A stretch of 32,000 bases of DNA from Ignicoccus pacificus DSM 13166 (GCA_025340205.1 CP006868.1:780001-812000); one strand, 5' to 3'. Numbered from the stretch's first letter, positions 18,402 to 26,991 are shown. Program-made: numbers and translations. Notes: generated by a model from the letters alone, not told the origin.

Positions 18402-18496
18402 TCCAAGAGGGGCTCAGGCCAAGTAGTTTAAATGCTTTAGTTTATGTCTTGTTAATAAAGCATTATTCTAGTTATCCTTTGGTGATCACGCTGAAT

Positions 18497-19552
18497 TTGA
18501 AGATAATACCTATTCAATGGAAGGAAGGCAGGATGGTCTGGATAGACACTAGATTCATTCCTTGGGAAGAAATCTGGAGGGAGACCACCGATTACAAGAG
18601 AGTTGCTAAAGCGATTAAGGATATGGAAATCAGAGGTGCACCAGCGATAGGCGTAGCCGCTGCCTTTGGTATGGCGCTCGCAGCATACCACTCAACAGCT
18701 AAGGACGTTGACACCTTGTTAAAGGAGTTAGAGGAAGCTAAGTCCGTTCTTGCTAAGACCAGACCTACGGCAGTGAACTTGTTCTGGGCCTTGGATAGAA
18801 TGTGGGAAAAAGCGTTAGAGCTCTCACAAAAAGGCGATGTCGAGGCCGTCAAGGAAGGGTTGGTAGAGGAAGCCCTATCAATCCAGCGTGAAGACATTGA
18901 AACTAACATGAAAATGGGCAAGATCGGGGCCCAACTGATAGAAGATGGAGACGTGATACTAACCCATTGCAACACCGGAGCTCTAGCTACCGCAGGCTAC
19001 GGAACGGCCTTGGGTGTAATCAGAGCTGCTTGGGAGGAGGGTAAGAAAATTCAAGTAATCGCTACTGAGACCAGACCGGTAGCTCAAGGAGCGAGACTTA
19101 CCGTATGGGAACTCGTCAAGGAGGGTATACCCGCTAGATTGATAAGTGACACCATGGTTGGATATTTAATGAGTAAAAAGAAGATAGATAAGGTATTTCT
19201 GGGCGCGGACAGAATACTACTAAGCGGTCACTTCGCCAATAAAATAGGAACATACCAAATAGCCATACTCGCTCACTATCATAAAGTACCGTTCTACACA
19301 GTAGCGCCTACTTCCACGATAGATCCAAAGAGGACATTAGACGAGTTAATAATCGAAGAAAGGAATCCTGATGAGGTCAAGTGTTGCCCCTATCCTAAGG
19401 AGAAAATCTACATTACGGTACCCGAAGTGGAAGTTTACAACCCGGCGTTCGATGTAACGCCACCAGAGCTGGTAACTGGTATAGTTACGGAGAAGGGAAT
19501 AGCCTATCCGCCGTATTGGATTAGCCTGAGAAAGATTCTGGGGATGGGGTAG
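18497..19552 (+). CDS. mtnA: Methylthioribose-1-phosphate isomerase-type protein (MtnA / eIF2B-alpha-like)
   Basis: IPIQWKEGRMVWIDTRFIPWEE, IRGAPAIGVAAAFG, LTHCNTGALATAGYGTALGVI, GADRILLSGHFANKIGTYQ. The track start (18326) lies inside a tRNA. TTG 18497 (GGTGATC upstream) or GTG 18482 are plausible starts. Confidence 0.85.
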   Translation: MKIIPIQWKEGRMVWIDTRFIPWEEIWRETTDYKRVAKAIKDMEIRGAPAIGVAAAFGMALAAYHSTAKDVDTLLKELEEAKSVLAKTRPTAVNLFWALDRMWEKALELSQKGDVEAVKEGLVEEALSIQREDIETNMKMGKIGAQLIEDGDVILTHCNTGALATAGYGTALGVIRAAWEEGKKIQVIATETRPVAQGARLTVWELVKEGIPARLISDTMVGYLMSKKKIDKVFLGADRILLSGHFANKIGTYQIAILAHYHKVPFYTVAPTSTIDPKRTLDELIIEERNPDEVKCCPYPKEKIYITVPEVEVYNPAFDVTPPELVTGIVTEKGIAYPPYWISLRKILGMG

Positions 19553-19553
19553 T

Positions 19554-19706
19554 TCAAAGTTGATATGCTAAATAGGCCGCTATCGTGGCCAAGGCTACCG
19601 GGCACACTATTTTTGAAACCGTCGGATTATGACTGCATATCAAATACGCTATTCCGAAAACCACTAACAGTACAATTATGGCATCTACCAATCCCAACTT
19701 AATCAC
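19554..19706 (-). CDS. Small membrane protein, about 50 aa
   Basis: GTG at 19706 shares GTGA with the AmrS stop codon. V/MIKLGLVDAIIVLLVVFGIAYLICSHNPTVSKIVCPVALATIAAYLAYQL has two hydrophobic segments. Confidence 0.5.
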   Translation of the reverse strand: MIKLGLVDAIIVLLVVFGIAYLICSHNPTVSKIVCPVALATIAAYLAYQL

Positions 19707-20788
19707 CAAGGAGCGGTTATTCCGTGGAACCTCCCGCGGAAGTTTAATCTGAAGCCACATTTGGGACATCTGAAGTCTTCGGTCAGCTTCCATGCCACTA
19801 TATAGAAGCCGTATCTCTCTACTACGAGTTCCCCACACTTAGGACAATACGTGTTCTCCATGGGGTGACCGGGTACGTTACCTAAGTAGACGTAGTGAAG
19901 TCCTATTTCATCCTTTGCTATCTTCGCTAGTCTTTCTAAGGTCTCCACAGGAGTCGGTGGCAAGTCCCTCATTAGATAGTCAGGATGAAAACGTAGCAAG
20001 TGGAAGGGTGTTTCTGGTCCCAAATTATCTCTTATCCACTCTGCCAGTTTCCTCAAGTCTTCTTCCTTGTCTCCGACTTTTGGTACTATGAGATCGGTTA
20101 TCTCAATGAACCATCCAACATCTTTCATCGCTTTCAAGCTTTCGAATATCGGTGAAGGGTCTGGAACGGCCATATACCTCCGGTAAAACTCCTTGTTAGC
20201 TGATCCCTTGAAGTCTACTGTAACGGCATCCATGTAGTTACCTAGCTTCCTTATCGCCTCGGGAGTCATGTAACCGTTAGTAACCATAGTCGTGAATAAA
20301 CCTTCCTTCTTGGCAAGCTTGGCTACATCATACATATACTCAAAGAATATCGTTGGCTCGTTATAGGTAAAGCTTATTCCATCTACACCCATCCTCTTGG
20401 TAAGCTCAATTAATCTCTCAGGTTCCATGAAGTGACCGTATATCTCTTCCCTTCGTACTTGACTTAGTTCCCAGTTCTGACAAAAGCGGCAGAAGAAGTT
20501 GCAGCCAGCGGTACTGACGCTCATTACCTTAGCTCCAGGCTCAAAGTGCATTAGCGGTTTCTTCTCTATTGGATCTACATTAGCGGCCGTTAACAGTCCA
20601 TAAACTAAGGTGTATAGCTTACCACCTATGTTGGCCCTTACTCCGCAGACGCCGTAGGTGTCAGGTGGTAGTTTACACTTCCTCCAACATAGATCACATT
20701 CAACCCATCCGTTTTCCAGCTCTTTTGTTAGGTCTGGATCAGCTTCCTTCACCCACTTCTTCTCGAGCCAGAAGTCGAGTTTTCCCAA
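19703..20788 (-). CDS. amrS: AmmeMemoRadiSam-system-type radical SAM protein (AmrS)
   Basis: CDLCWRKCKLPPDTYGVCGVRANIGGKLYTLVYG, STAGCNFFCRFCQNWELSQ, GISFTYNEPTIFFEY, C-terminal CPKCGELV...RCPKCGFRL. Confidence 0.85.
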   Translation of the reverse strand: MGKLDFWLEKKWVKEADPDLTKELENGWVECDLCWRKCKLPPDTYGVCGVRANIGGKLYTLVYGLLTAANVDPIEKKPLMHFEPGAKVMSVSTAGCNFFCRFCQNWELSQVRREEIYGHFMEPERLIELTKRMGVDGISFTYNEPTIFFEYMYDVAKLAKKEGLFTTMVTNGYMTPEAIRKLGNYMDAVTVDFKGSANKEFYRRYMAVPDPSPIFESLKAMKDVGWFIEITDLIVPKVGDKEEDLRKLAEWIRDNLGPETPFHLLRFHPDYLMRDLPPTPVETLERLAKIAKDEIGLHYVYLGNVPGHPMENTYCPKCGELVVERYGFYIVAWKLTEDFRCPKCGFRLNFRGRFHGITAPW

Positions 20789-20797
20789 AGGCTATGC

Positions 20798-21244
20798 TCA
20801 CCTCTTCTCTTTCCTTCTGACTACAAGGACCGGGCAGTGAGCGTGGTTCGAGACGTACCTGGCCACGCTTCCAAGTATGAGGGCTTTGATTCCACTTAGT
20901 CCCCTAGTACCTAGGGCTATTAGGTCGGCGTCTAATTCCTCCGCCGCTTGAACTATTGTCTTACCAACATGACCCTCCTTGATTACCACTTCAGTCTTAA
21001 AACCAGCCTCCTCAGCCCTCTTCCTAGCTTCCTCTGTTATCTTCTTGGCATTCTCCTTCAGTTGCTCGAGGAGTTCTGCTACTAGTGAGGGCGGTGCGAC
21101 TGATTCTATACCAAATTCCTCGAGCGTAGGAATTACGTGTAGTACCACTATTTCCCACTTTTCTTTATTAAGGAGATCCAATACGTAATCTAGAGCATAC
21201 TTGCTATATTCAGATCCATCTACACAAACTACGGCCTTCTTCAA
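20798..21244 (-). CDS. Universal stress protein (UspA family)
   Basis: VVCVDGSEYSKYALDYVL and ALGTRGLSGIKALILGSVARYVSNHAHCPVLVVR. Confidence 0.9.
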   Translation of the reverse strand: MKKAVVCVDGSEYSKYALDYVLDLLNKEKWEIVVLHVIPTLEEFGIESVAPPSLVAELLEQLKENAKKITEEARKRAEEAGFKTEVVIKEGHVGKTIVQAAEELDADLIALGTRGLSGIKALILGSVARYVSNHAHCPVLVVRRKEKR

Positions 21245-21291
21245 GTTTCACTCCCATAAGTCTATGGAAGGGTAAGGTTTTTGTGTTGGAG

Positions 21292-21417
21292 CTAACTCTT
21301 TACAAACAAAAGATACATTGCAATTAATGCTAACACCAAGGATAATATACTAATGAACAGAAGACCGGCTTCCTCTATAGCGACCCCCGGTCGGATCTTC
21401 TTCATTTCGGCCATCAT
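21292..21417 (-). CDS. 41-aa single-TM protein (not in ORF track)
   Basis: MMAEMKKIRPGVAIEEAGLLFISILSLVLALIAMYLLFVKS. Preceded by a strong Shine-Dalgarno sequence GGAGGTGATC. Confidence 0.7.
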   Translation of the reverse strand: MMAEMKKIRPGVAIEEAGLLFISILSLVLALIAMYLLFVKS

Positions 21418-21458
21418 TAGCCTGATCACCTCCCTCCTCAACCCGGGCAATAAAGTCC

Positions 21459-22415
21459 TTAGAGGACGGGGACCAAGGTCTCACAGTGTATGTCCTTTAA
21501 TCTTCCCTCGACGGCTTGCTCCAAATAGTCCACGAATCTCTTAATTTGGAGCAGTGCCGGACTTGATTCAGGAGCATAATTCAAGGAGGCCGGTGAGGCT
21601 AGGCCTCCTGCGAACACGTCGTAGAGCTTTCCGTCGAAGGGTATAACCATGGCAACTCTGCCGTCTACTTCTTGACATAGGTCTTGGACGTATTCCTTAG
21701 CTTTGTTTATTTCATCTGGCGTTGGTCTAACCATGTTTACAACTGTACCGAGTACCGGAATGGACTTTGTATACCTCTGATGGAGTTGTCCTATCAACTT
21801 AATCATATTAGGTGTACTATCTGAGAGCAAGTTAAGCCAAGAGCTCGTCCTGGACAAGAGCCTTTGATAGGTGTAGTATGCTGCCCATGAAGGGACGGGG
21901 TAGTCGTTGAAGACTACATCATATCGCTTCGCTAAGGTCTCCACGGCGTTCTTCATCTTATCGACCATCTTTACTACTCTATGAGGGTCATTCATTTCTT
22001 CGAGAAGTCTGTTGATATTGTGAGGTATATCGTCATTTGCTACAGCTGGAACTATATGGATAGTGATAGAGCCTCTCCTTCCGCTTACCGTTGCCTCTCT
22101 TACAGCCGAAAGAATATCGGCTTCCTCAATGAGGACTTTGACCAAGCTGGGGCCAGTACCTAAATCTCTCAGCAATCTTAGGGAAAGTCTAGGAGACATT
22201 ATGTCCCAATCTATGAACACTACTTCACGTCCTCTCATTATCAGCTGAACGCCGCTCTCTAGCTGTATAGTAGTCTTACCTATACCTCCTTTTGGTGAGG
22301 AGTTTCCTATTGCGTTATGCACTTTCACTCTTTCAGGTAACATACTCTCTTCTACTTTTACAGCCTTTGGCTTCTTTCTCATGAATAGTAGCTTCAACAG
22401 TCTCAAGATGTTCAT
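21459..22415 (-). CDS. ParA/MinD-like ATPase with basic/hydrophobic N-terminus
   Basis: Deviant Walker A SPKGGIGKTT, VVFIDWDIMSPRLS, YDVVFNDYPVP. Start inferred at MNILRLLKLLFMRKK with GGTGGGAG upstream. Confidence 0.75.
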   Translation of the reverse strand: MNILRLLKLLFMRKKPKAVKVEESMLPERVKVHNAIGNSSPKGGIGKTTIQLESGVQLIMRGREVVFIDWDIMSPRLSLRLLRDLGTGPSLVKVLIEEADILSAVREATVSGRRGSITIHIVPAVANDDIPHNINRLLEEMNDPHRVVKMVDKMKNAVETLAKRYDVVFNDYPVPSWAAYYTYQRLLSRTSSWLNLLSDSTPNMIKLIGQLHQRYTKSIPVLGTVVNMVRPTPDEINKAKEYVQDLCQEVDGRVAMVIPFDGKLYDVFAGGLASPASLNYAPESSPALLQIKRFVDYLEQAVEGRLKDIHCETLVPVL

Positions 22416-22478
22416 CGTACTCCCACCACTCTTTGCCACTCATCTAGCGCTTTGATGGATTATATTTTGCCCTTCGCT

Positions 22479-24005
22479 TTATTCCTCCGAGTATCTCAAC
22501 TTAAGCTTCATGCCTAACTTTCCTTCCAGTTTCTTCAATTTCTTCGCTTTTCTAAGCACATTTTTCGATGCCCATCTAGGTATAGTAACGATCACCGTAT
22601 TATCCCTTATCTCCACGGACGTGGCCTCGGGAAGAATTCTCGTTATCATCTGTTGGAGCTTTTCAGCACCTCTACTCATCACTCTCTTGACCGGTATTAC
22701 CATAGTTTGTTCGCCCCAAGTGTAAATCTCATATTCGAGTTCACCAGTTAGGAAGTTCCTAACCTCAACTACCGGTCTAGCTAAGTCGGCTTCACGAAGC
22801 CCCGTGGGAAGCTTAACCGTCATCTGCAATTCGTAGACCTTAGCCACTGATCCGCTATCGATGAATATCACCGTGTCCACGATGCTAGGTATCATTCCTA
22901 ACTCGACTCTTCCTATGAGTCTCTGAACAGCGTCAATGGGAGTGGTGGCGTGGACTACCCCCACCATTCCTATCCCAGCCATTCTTAGATCAGAGTATAA
23001 CTTGAAGTCCTCGTCGGTTCTCATCTCATCGAATATCGTATAATCGGGTCTCGAGAGTAGCAGGATGGCATAGAGCTCACGAAGACTACTATGTTCTTTA
23101 GAGTACTGAGTTATCGTGGAGGGTAAGGCCATATCTCTTGGAGATTCTATGGTCTTTACTATCCTACCTCGTTCGGCGTAGTATTCGGCGAGGGCTTGAG
23201 CGAAGGTGGTCTTTCCGGCACCTGGAGAACCTGCTATTAATATTCCTTCTGCTCTTTCGTCTAATCTCTTTATCAACTTCTCAGGTAGGTCATAGTCCTC
23301 TAGCTTCAACTTTGCGACTGGTCTTACGGCCGTTATCTCCCATCCATCAGAAAGTGGAGGTCTCGTTATTACTATTCTATATTTACCTAACTGCACAACG
23401 GTGGTTCCAGGTTTGTCGACTTCGATGTAAGCGTCCTTCCTAGACCTAGCAGCTTCTATTATCTCGAGCGCCATTTCCTCTAGGTCCTTGGCTGTCAGTA
23501 TTTCATCGCTCACCGGAACCATTTCCCATTCTCCGGGTCTACCTTTCTTAGCCTTTGGAACATCACCTTCCTTCAAGTGTATACTCATAGTATCCTTATC
23601 GAAGTATTCCTCGAACTTCAGTTTGAGAGGTCTGAACTCTCCCGCAAAGAAGACCTTTATTCCCATAGAACTGGAGACTAGACTCTGAACTCTGTCTCCA
23701 GTGACCAATATAGCGTTCAACTTCTTAGCTAGCTCTCTTACCGCTTCATCCACATCTCTTTCTTTTCCTTCATACACCTCAAGTTTTATCAAACCTTCTT
23801 TCTCTAAGTCTCTAAGTGTGGCAACCTCTTCGAGGCCGGTAATTCCGGAGGCGAGACCGCTTCTCGCTTCTTTCTCAAGTTCTCTTAATATAGCAGAGTG
23901 TAATACTATCTTTCCTCTGAGGAACCCTTGCTTAATCAAGCGGGAGACCGTACCCCTCAACACAGTGCTCAAGTCGGGTACATACACTTCGAGTTCTGAC
24001 TCCAA
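22479..24005 (-). CDS. PIN domain + secretion-type (VirB11/PilT-like) ATPase + C-terminal KH-like domain
   Basis: N-terminal [17 protein letters not shown]...[11 protein letters not shown] (PIN-like), [79 protein letters not shown]. Confidence 0.85.
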   Translation of the reverse strand: MESELEVYVPDLSTVLRGTVSRLIKQGFLRGKIVLHSAILRELEKEARSGLASGITGLEEVATLRDLEKEGLIKLEVYEGKERDVDEAVRELAKKLNAILVTGDRVQSLVSSSMGIKVFFAGEFRPLKLKFEEYFDKDTMSIHLKEGDVPKAKKGRPGEWEMVPVSDEILTAKDLEEMALEIIEAARSRKDAYIEVDKPGTTVVQLGKYRIVITRPPLSDGWEITAVRPVAKLKLEDYDLPEKLIKRLDERAEGILIAGSPGAGKTTFAQALAEYYAERGRIVKTIESPRDMALPSTITQYSKEHSSLRELYAILLLSRPDYTIFDEMRTDEDFKLYSDLRMAGIGMVGVVHATTPIDAVQRLIGRVELGMIPSIVDTVIFIDSGSVAKVYELQMTVKLPTGLREADLARPVVEVRNFLTGELEYEIYTWGEQTMVIPVKRVMSRGAEKLQQMITRILPEATSVEIRDNTVIVTIPRWASKNVLRKAKKLKKLEGKLGMKLKLRYSEE

Positions 24006-24092
24006 TCCTTCACTCCCTTTGAGACATCTTAAAAGGGGGTCTCAAAAATTCGGCTCTCCGGTAGCCAGAAATTGCTCAACCTTACTACTCTT

Positions 24093-24872
24093 ATGTTAGC
24101 GTTTCATATAATCTCCCTCAATAATTCGGTGAACTGCATATGGTACAATGATAGAAGCGGAAGTATTCTAGCAACAGACCTCACACTCTGGGAGCTACGC
24201 TTCTTGGTAGGCAACCGAGGATTATGCTATAACTCTACGTCATTAATGTCTCCACATGCCCCTCTTCGATTATTGTCTATGATTTCAAAGGATCTGGATT
24301 CTTTCATAAAATCTAATACAAGTGGGTTAGAGTATTCACAAGTATTAAAGGCAGAATGGTATGCTCTAATGCTCTCTACCTCTCCCTATAGGTTCAACTC
24401 AACATACTTACTAGACTGCGTCAAGAAAAATTCCAATAATGAAATAGGGAAGATCTGTCTCATTGCCTTAAAGGGTCTCTACAAGTCTATGGAAAGTAAC
24501 GTACTACCGACGAGGTACATAGACCCCTGTATACTTAACAACTTGAAGTACTTGAACTCTTCATTTTCGAAAAGCCTCGCGCTCTGGACCATATCGCAAT
24601 ACCTAGGATTAAGACCGCGTTTGCCTAGTACGGATATCTACTTAATTTCAGAACTTCTAAAGTCGGCATATGCATATTTCAAGTATTATAATCCAAAGTA
24701 CATTCAATTTATAAAGAATTTATACGCCGCCTTGACTGGTTCTTGTAGACCTCTAGAGGCGTACACGCTGTTGTTAAGTTACTTGACAAAGGGTAAAGAA
24801 TGGTGGATGTACTATCCCTTGTACTTAAAGATTCTATCGATGTTCTTTAAGCAGCGTTCAACGTCATCTTAA
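24093..24872 (+). CDS. Hypothetical protein, no recognised family
   Basis: Uninterrupted ~260-codon ORF in a region with no better competing frame. Convergent 26-nt overlap with the sufB 3' end. Start uncertain (24072 or 24093). Confidence 0.5.
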   Translation: MLAFHIISLNNSVNCIWYNDRSGSILATDLTLWELRFLVGNRGLCYNSTSLMSPHAPLRLLSMISKDLDSFIKSNTSGLEYSQVLKAEWYALMLSTSPYRFNSTYLLDCVKKNSNNEIGKICLIALKGLYKSMESNVLPTRYIDPCILNNLKYLNSSFSKSLALWTISQYLGLRPRLPSTDIYLISELLKSAYAYFKYYNPKYIQFIKNLYAALTGSCRPLEAYTLLLSYLTKGKEWWMYYPLYLKILSMFFKQRSTSS

Positions 24873-26166
24873 CTATCTCTCTTATTGCCCTCACGTAGTC
24901 TGCTGGTAAGTCTTGAATTAATGGGTCGATGAAGCCTAATGTAAGCATCTGTATAGCTTCATGTTCAGCGAAGCCCATACTCCTTAAGTAGAACACTTGA
25001 TCCTCGCCTATCTTCCCTACCGTTCCCTCGTGAGCTAAGTCAGCGTCAGAAACCTCGCTAACCAACTTCGGAATTGTCGTGTTTATTGCACCATCGTTGA
25101 GAAGCAGAGTATTACATGCTTGATGACCTATAACACCTTTGGCTCCTTTCTTTACTATTATTTCGCCTAGGAATTCGTCAGAACTACTATCCTTCATTAC
25201 TGTTCTATTGACTATGCTGGAATTGGTCTTAGGTGCTTCGTGTACTACCGTTGATCCGCTCCAAGATTTCATTTCATTTCTTAGGAATGCCACGCTATTG
25301 AACGACAACTTAGCTCCTTTTCCGATAAGCCTTATCCTGGGCCTCATCCCTACACGAATACCTCCCATAACAACGCTGAGTTCCTCTAGCCTAGCTCCCT
25401 CATGTACTTCAGCTCCCTTTACGGGGACGTGGATCACCTTACCTATCCAGTTTTCCAAGCTTGAGATCCTTAGTCTGGCTCCCTTTAGAGAGTAGAATTC
25501 ACTGCCTCCTAGGTGCATGCTGTAAGGTGCCGGTATCGGAACTATACATCCTTCGATGAAATGTAAGTAGCTGTTCTCATCGGCTATTATGAGAGTGTGT
25601 TCTGTTTGGGCAAGCTGCTCCTCAGTTATCACAAAGAACGCTTGAACAGGGAATGGTACTCTGACACCCTTCGGCACATAGACGAATGTACCTCCTCGTC
25701 TGAGAGCTATGTGCAAGGCAGCGAGCTTGTGAACCTCCGGCACTTGAGCTCGGTGTAGATATTCCTTCACTATATTCTCATGTCTCCTTACCGCCTCATC
25801 AAGGGACTCTAGTATTACACCCTTTCTCTTAAGCTCCTTCTTCTGAGCTTCATACACCACGTTCTCATTAACCATCACGGTGACTCCGGCAAGCATGCTT
25901 TGCTCTATCTCCGGTACTCCTATTCTCTCTAAGATGGTCTTGTACCACTCTGGGATTTCACCCTCCCCTGGCTTCAGGGGCTCTTCCTCAGCTGCCTTAC
26001 TGGCAAAGGCTTCTAGGTCGAAGTCCTCTGGCATCCAAGGTGGCGTTGGCGCTTTTTCGTATATTTCTGCAGCCCTTATTCTCTTCCTCAAGGCCCACTC
26101 TGGCTCCTTCAATTTCCTAGCTATTTCCTCAGCATAATACTTGATTATCTGAGAAGGGCTCTTCAT
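24847..26166 (-). CDS. sufB: SufB-family Fe-S cluster assembly scaffold
   Basis: RRGGTFVYVPKGVRVPFPVQAFF, YLHFIEGC, VNRTVMKDSSSDEFLGEI, NTLLLNDGAINTTIPKLVSEVSDADLAHEGTVGKI. Confidence 0.9.
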   Translation of the reverse strand: MKSPSQIIKYYAEEIARKLKEPEWALRKRIRAAEIYEKAPTPPWMPEDFDLEAFASKAAEEEPLKPGEGEIPEWYKTILERIGVPEIEQSMLAGVTVMVNENVVYEAQKKELKRKGVILESLDEAVRRHENIVKEYLHRAQVPEVHKLAALHIALRRGGTFVYVPKGVRVPFPVQAFFVITEEQLAQTEHTLIIADENSYLHFIEGCIVPIPAPYSMHLGGSEFYSLKGARLRISSLENWIGKVIHVPVKGAEVHEGARLEELSVVMGGIRVGMRPRIRLIGKGAKLSFNSVAFLRNEMKSWSGSTVVHEAPKTNSSIVNRTVMKDSSSDEFLGEIIVKKGAKGVIGHQACNTLLLNDGAINTTIPKLVSEVSDADLAHEGTVGKIGEDQVFYLRSMGFAEHEAIQMLTLGFIDPLIQDLPADYVRAIREIVKMTLNAA

Positions 26167-26876
26167 GCCGCTACCACCTCCTTGAATCCCTTCTTCTCAA
26201 CTATCTCGATGAGTTCCACCCCTCCACTCTTCACTATCTTACCATCAATCATTATGTGGACCTTATTGGGTACAATGTACTTGAGTATGTTACGATAGTG
26301 AGTGATCACCAGTACACCAGCACGCTCTCTTTGAAGCCTCTTTACCCCCTCTGCTATCACCTTCAAGCTCTCAATATCTACGCCAGAGTCGGGTTCATCC
26401 ATGATGACTATCTTCGGCTTCATTGCTAATATTCTAGAAAGCTCGAATCTTTTCCTCTCACCTCCGCTGAACCCTTTGTTCACGTATCTATATGCCATCT
26501 CCGAGGGGAGGTTAGATTCCCTTAGGAGGTCGTAGACATCTTCCTTACAACCGCTCCTTTCCTTTATCTTATTCAGAAGCTCCGCGACTGTTACACCCTC
26601 GAGCTCTGGGGGCATTTGGAAAAGGACGGCTAAGCCTTTCCTTGCCCTCTCCTCTGGCGGATCATTCGTTATATCCTCTCCATCCAGCAAGATCTTTCCT
26701 CGCACCACTTTATACTTAGGATGTCCAGCTATGGTCATTGCTAAAGTACTCTTTCCAGCACCGTTTGGTCCCATGAGTACGTGAATTTCGCCTCTAGGTA
26801 GAGCGAGGTTGACTCCCTTCAGTATCATTTTACCCTCGACTTCGACCCATAGGTCAATTACCTCTAGACCCTCCAT
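26163..26876 (-). CDS. sufC: SufC Fe-S assembly ATPase
   Basis: MGPNGAGKSTLAMTIAGHPKY, GFSGGERKRFELSRILAMKPKIVIMDEPDSGVD. 4-nt overlap with sufB. Start at MEGLEVIDLWVEVEGK. Confidence 0.9.
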   Translation of the reverse strand: MEGLEVIDLWVEVEGKMILKGVNLALPRGEIHVLMGPNGAGKSTLAMTIAGHPKYKVVRGKILLDGEDITNDPPEERARKGLAVLFQMPPELEGVTVAELLNKIKERSGCKEDVYDLLRESNLPSEMAYRYVNKGFSGGERKRFELSRILAMKPKIVIMDEPDSGVDIESLKVIAEGVKRLQRERAGVLVITHYRNILKYIVPNKVHIMIDGKIVKSGGVELIEIVEKKGFKEVVAA

Positions 26877-26890
26877 GGAGTTTTGTCCCC

Positions 26891-26970
26891 ATCTGGCTAT
26901 CAAGACCCAGATAATGTGATGTGAGGGTTAGGGGAGTAACCCTTCCTCATGCGTTATCGGCTAAAACCGA
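26891..26970 (-). promoter_or_regulatory. Three consecutive inverted repeats upstream of sufC (candidate structured leader)
   Basis: TCGG-n6-CCGA (26957-26970), GGGTTA-n6-TAACCC (26925-26942), ATCTGG-n10-CCAGAT (26891-26912), all perfect stems. Confidence 0.45.
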
Positions 26971-26991
26971 GCTCCTCATCCCCCCACTATA

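Noticed and set aside
18326-18496. N-terminal extension of the 408-aa ORF (MNPGLPAFFEGRLEGRRPILARRR...).
   Set aside because: The extension is antisense translation of the tRNA-Arg gene. Homology to MtnA only begins around IPIQWKEG.
23138-23443. 101-aa plus-strand ORF inside the PIN-ATPase gene, and other short antisense ORFs of this kind across the window.
   Set aside because: These are shadow ORFs on the strand opposite clearly conserved genes.
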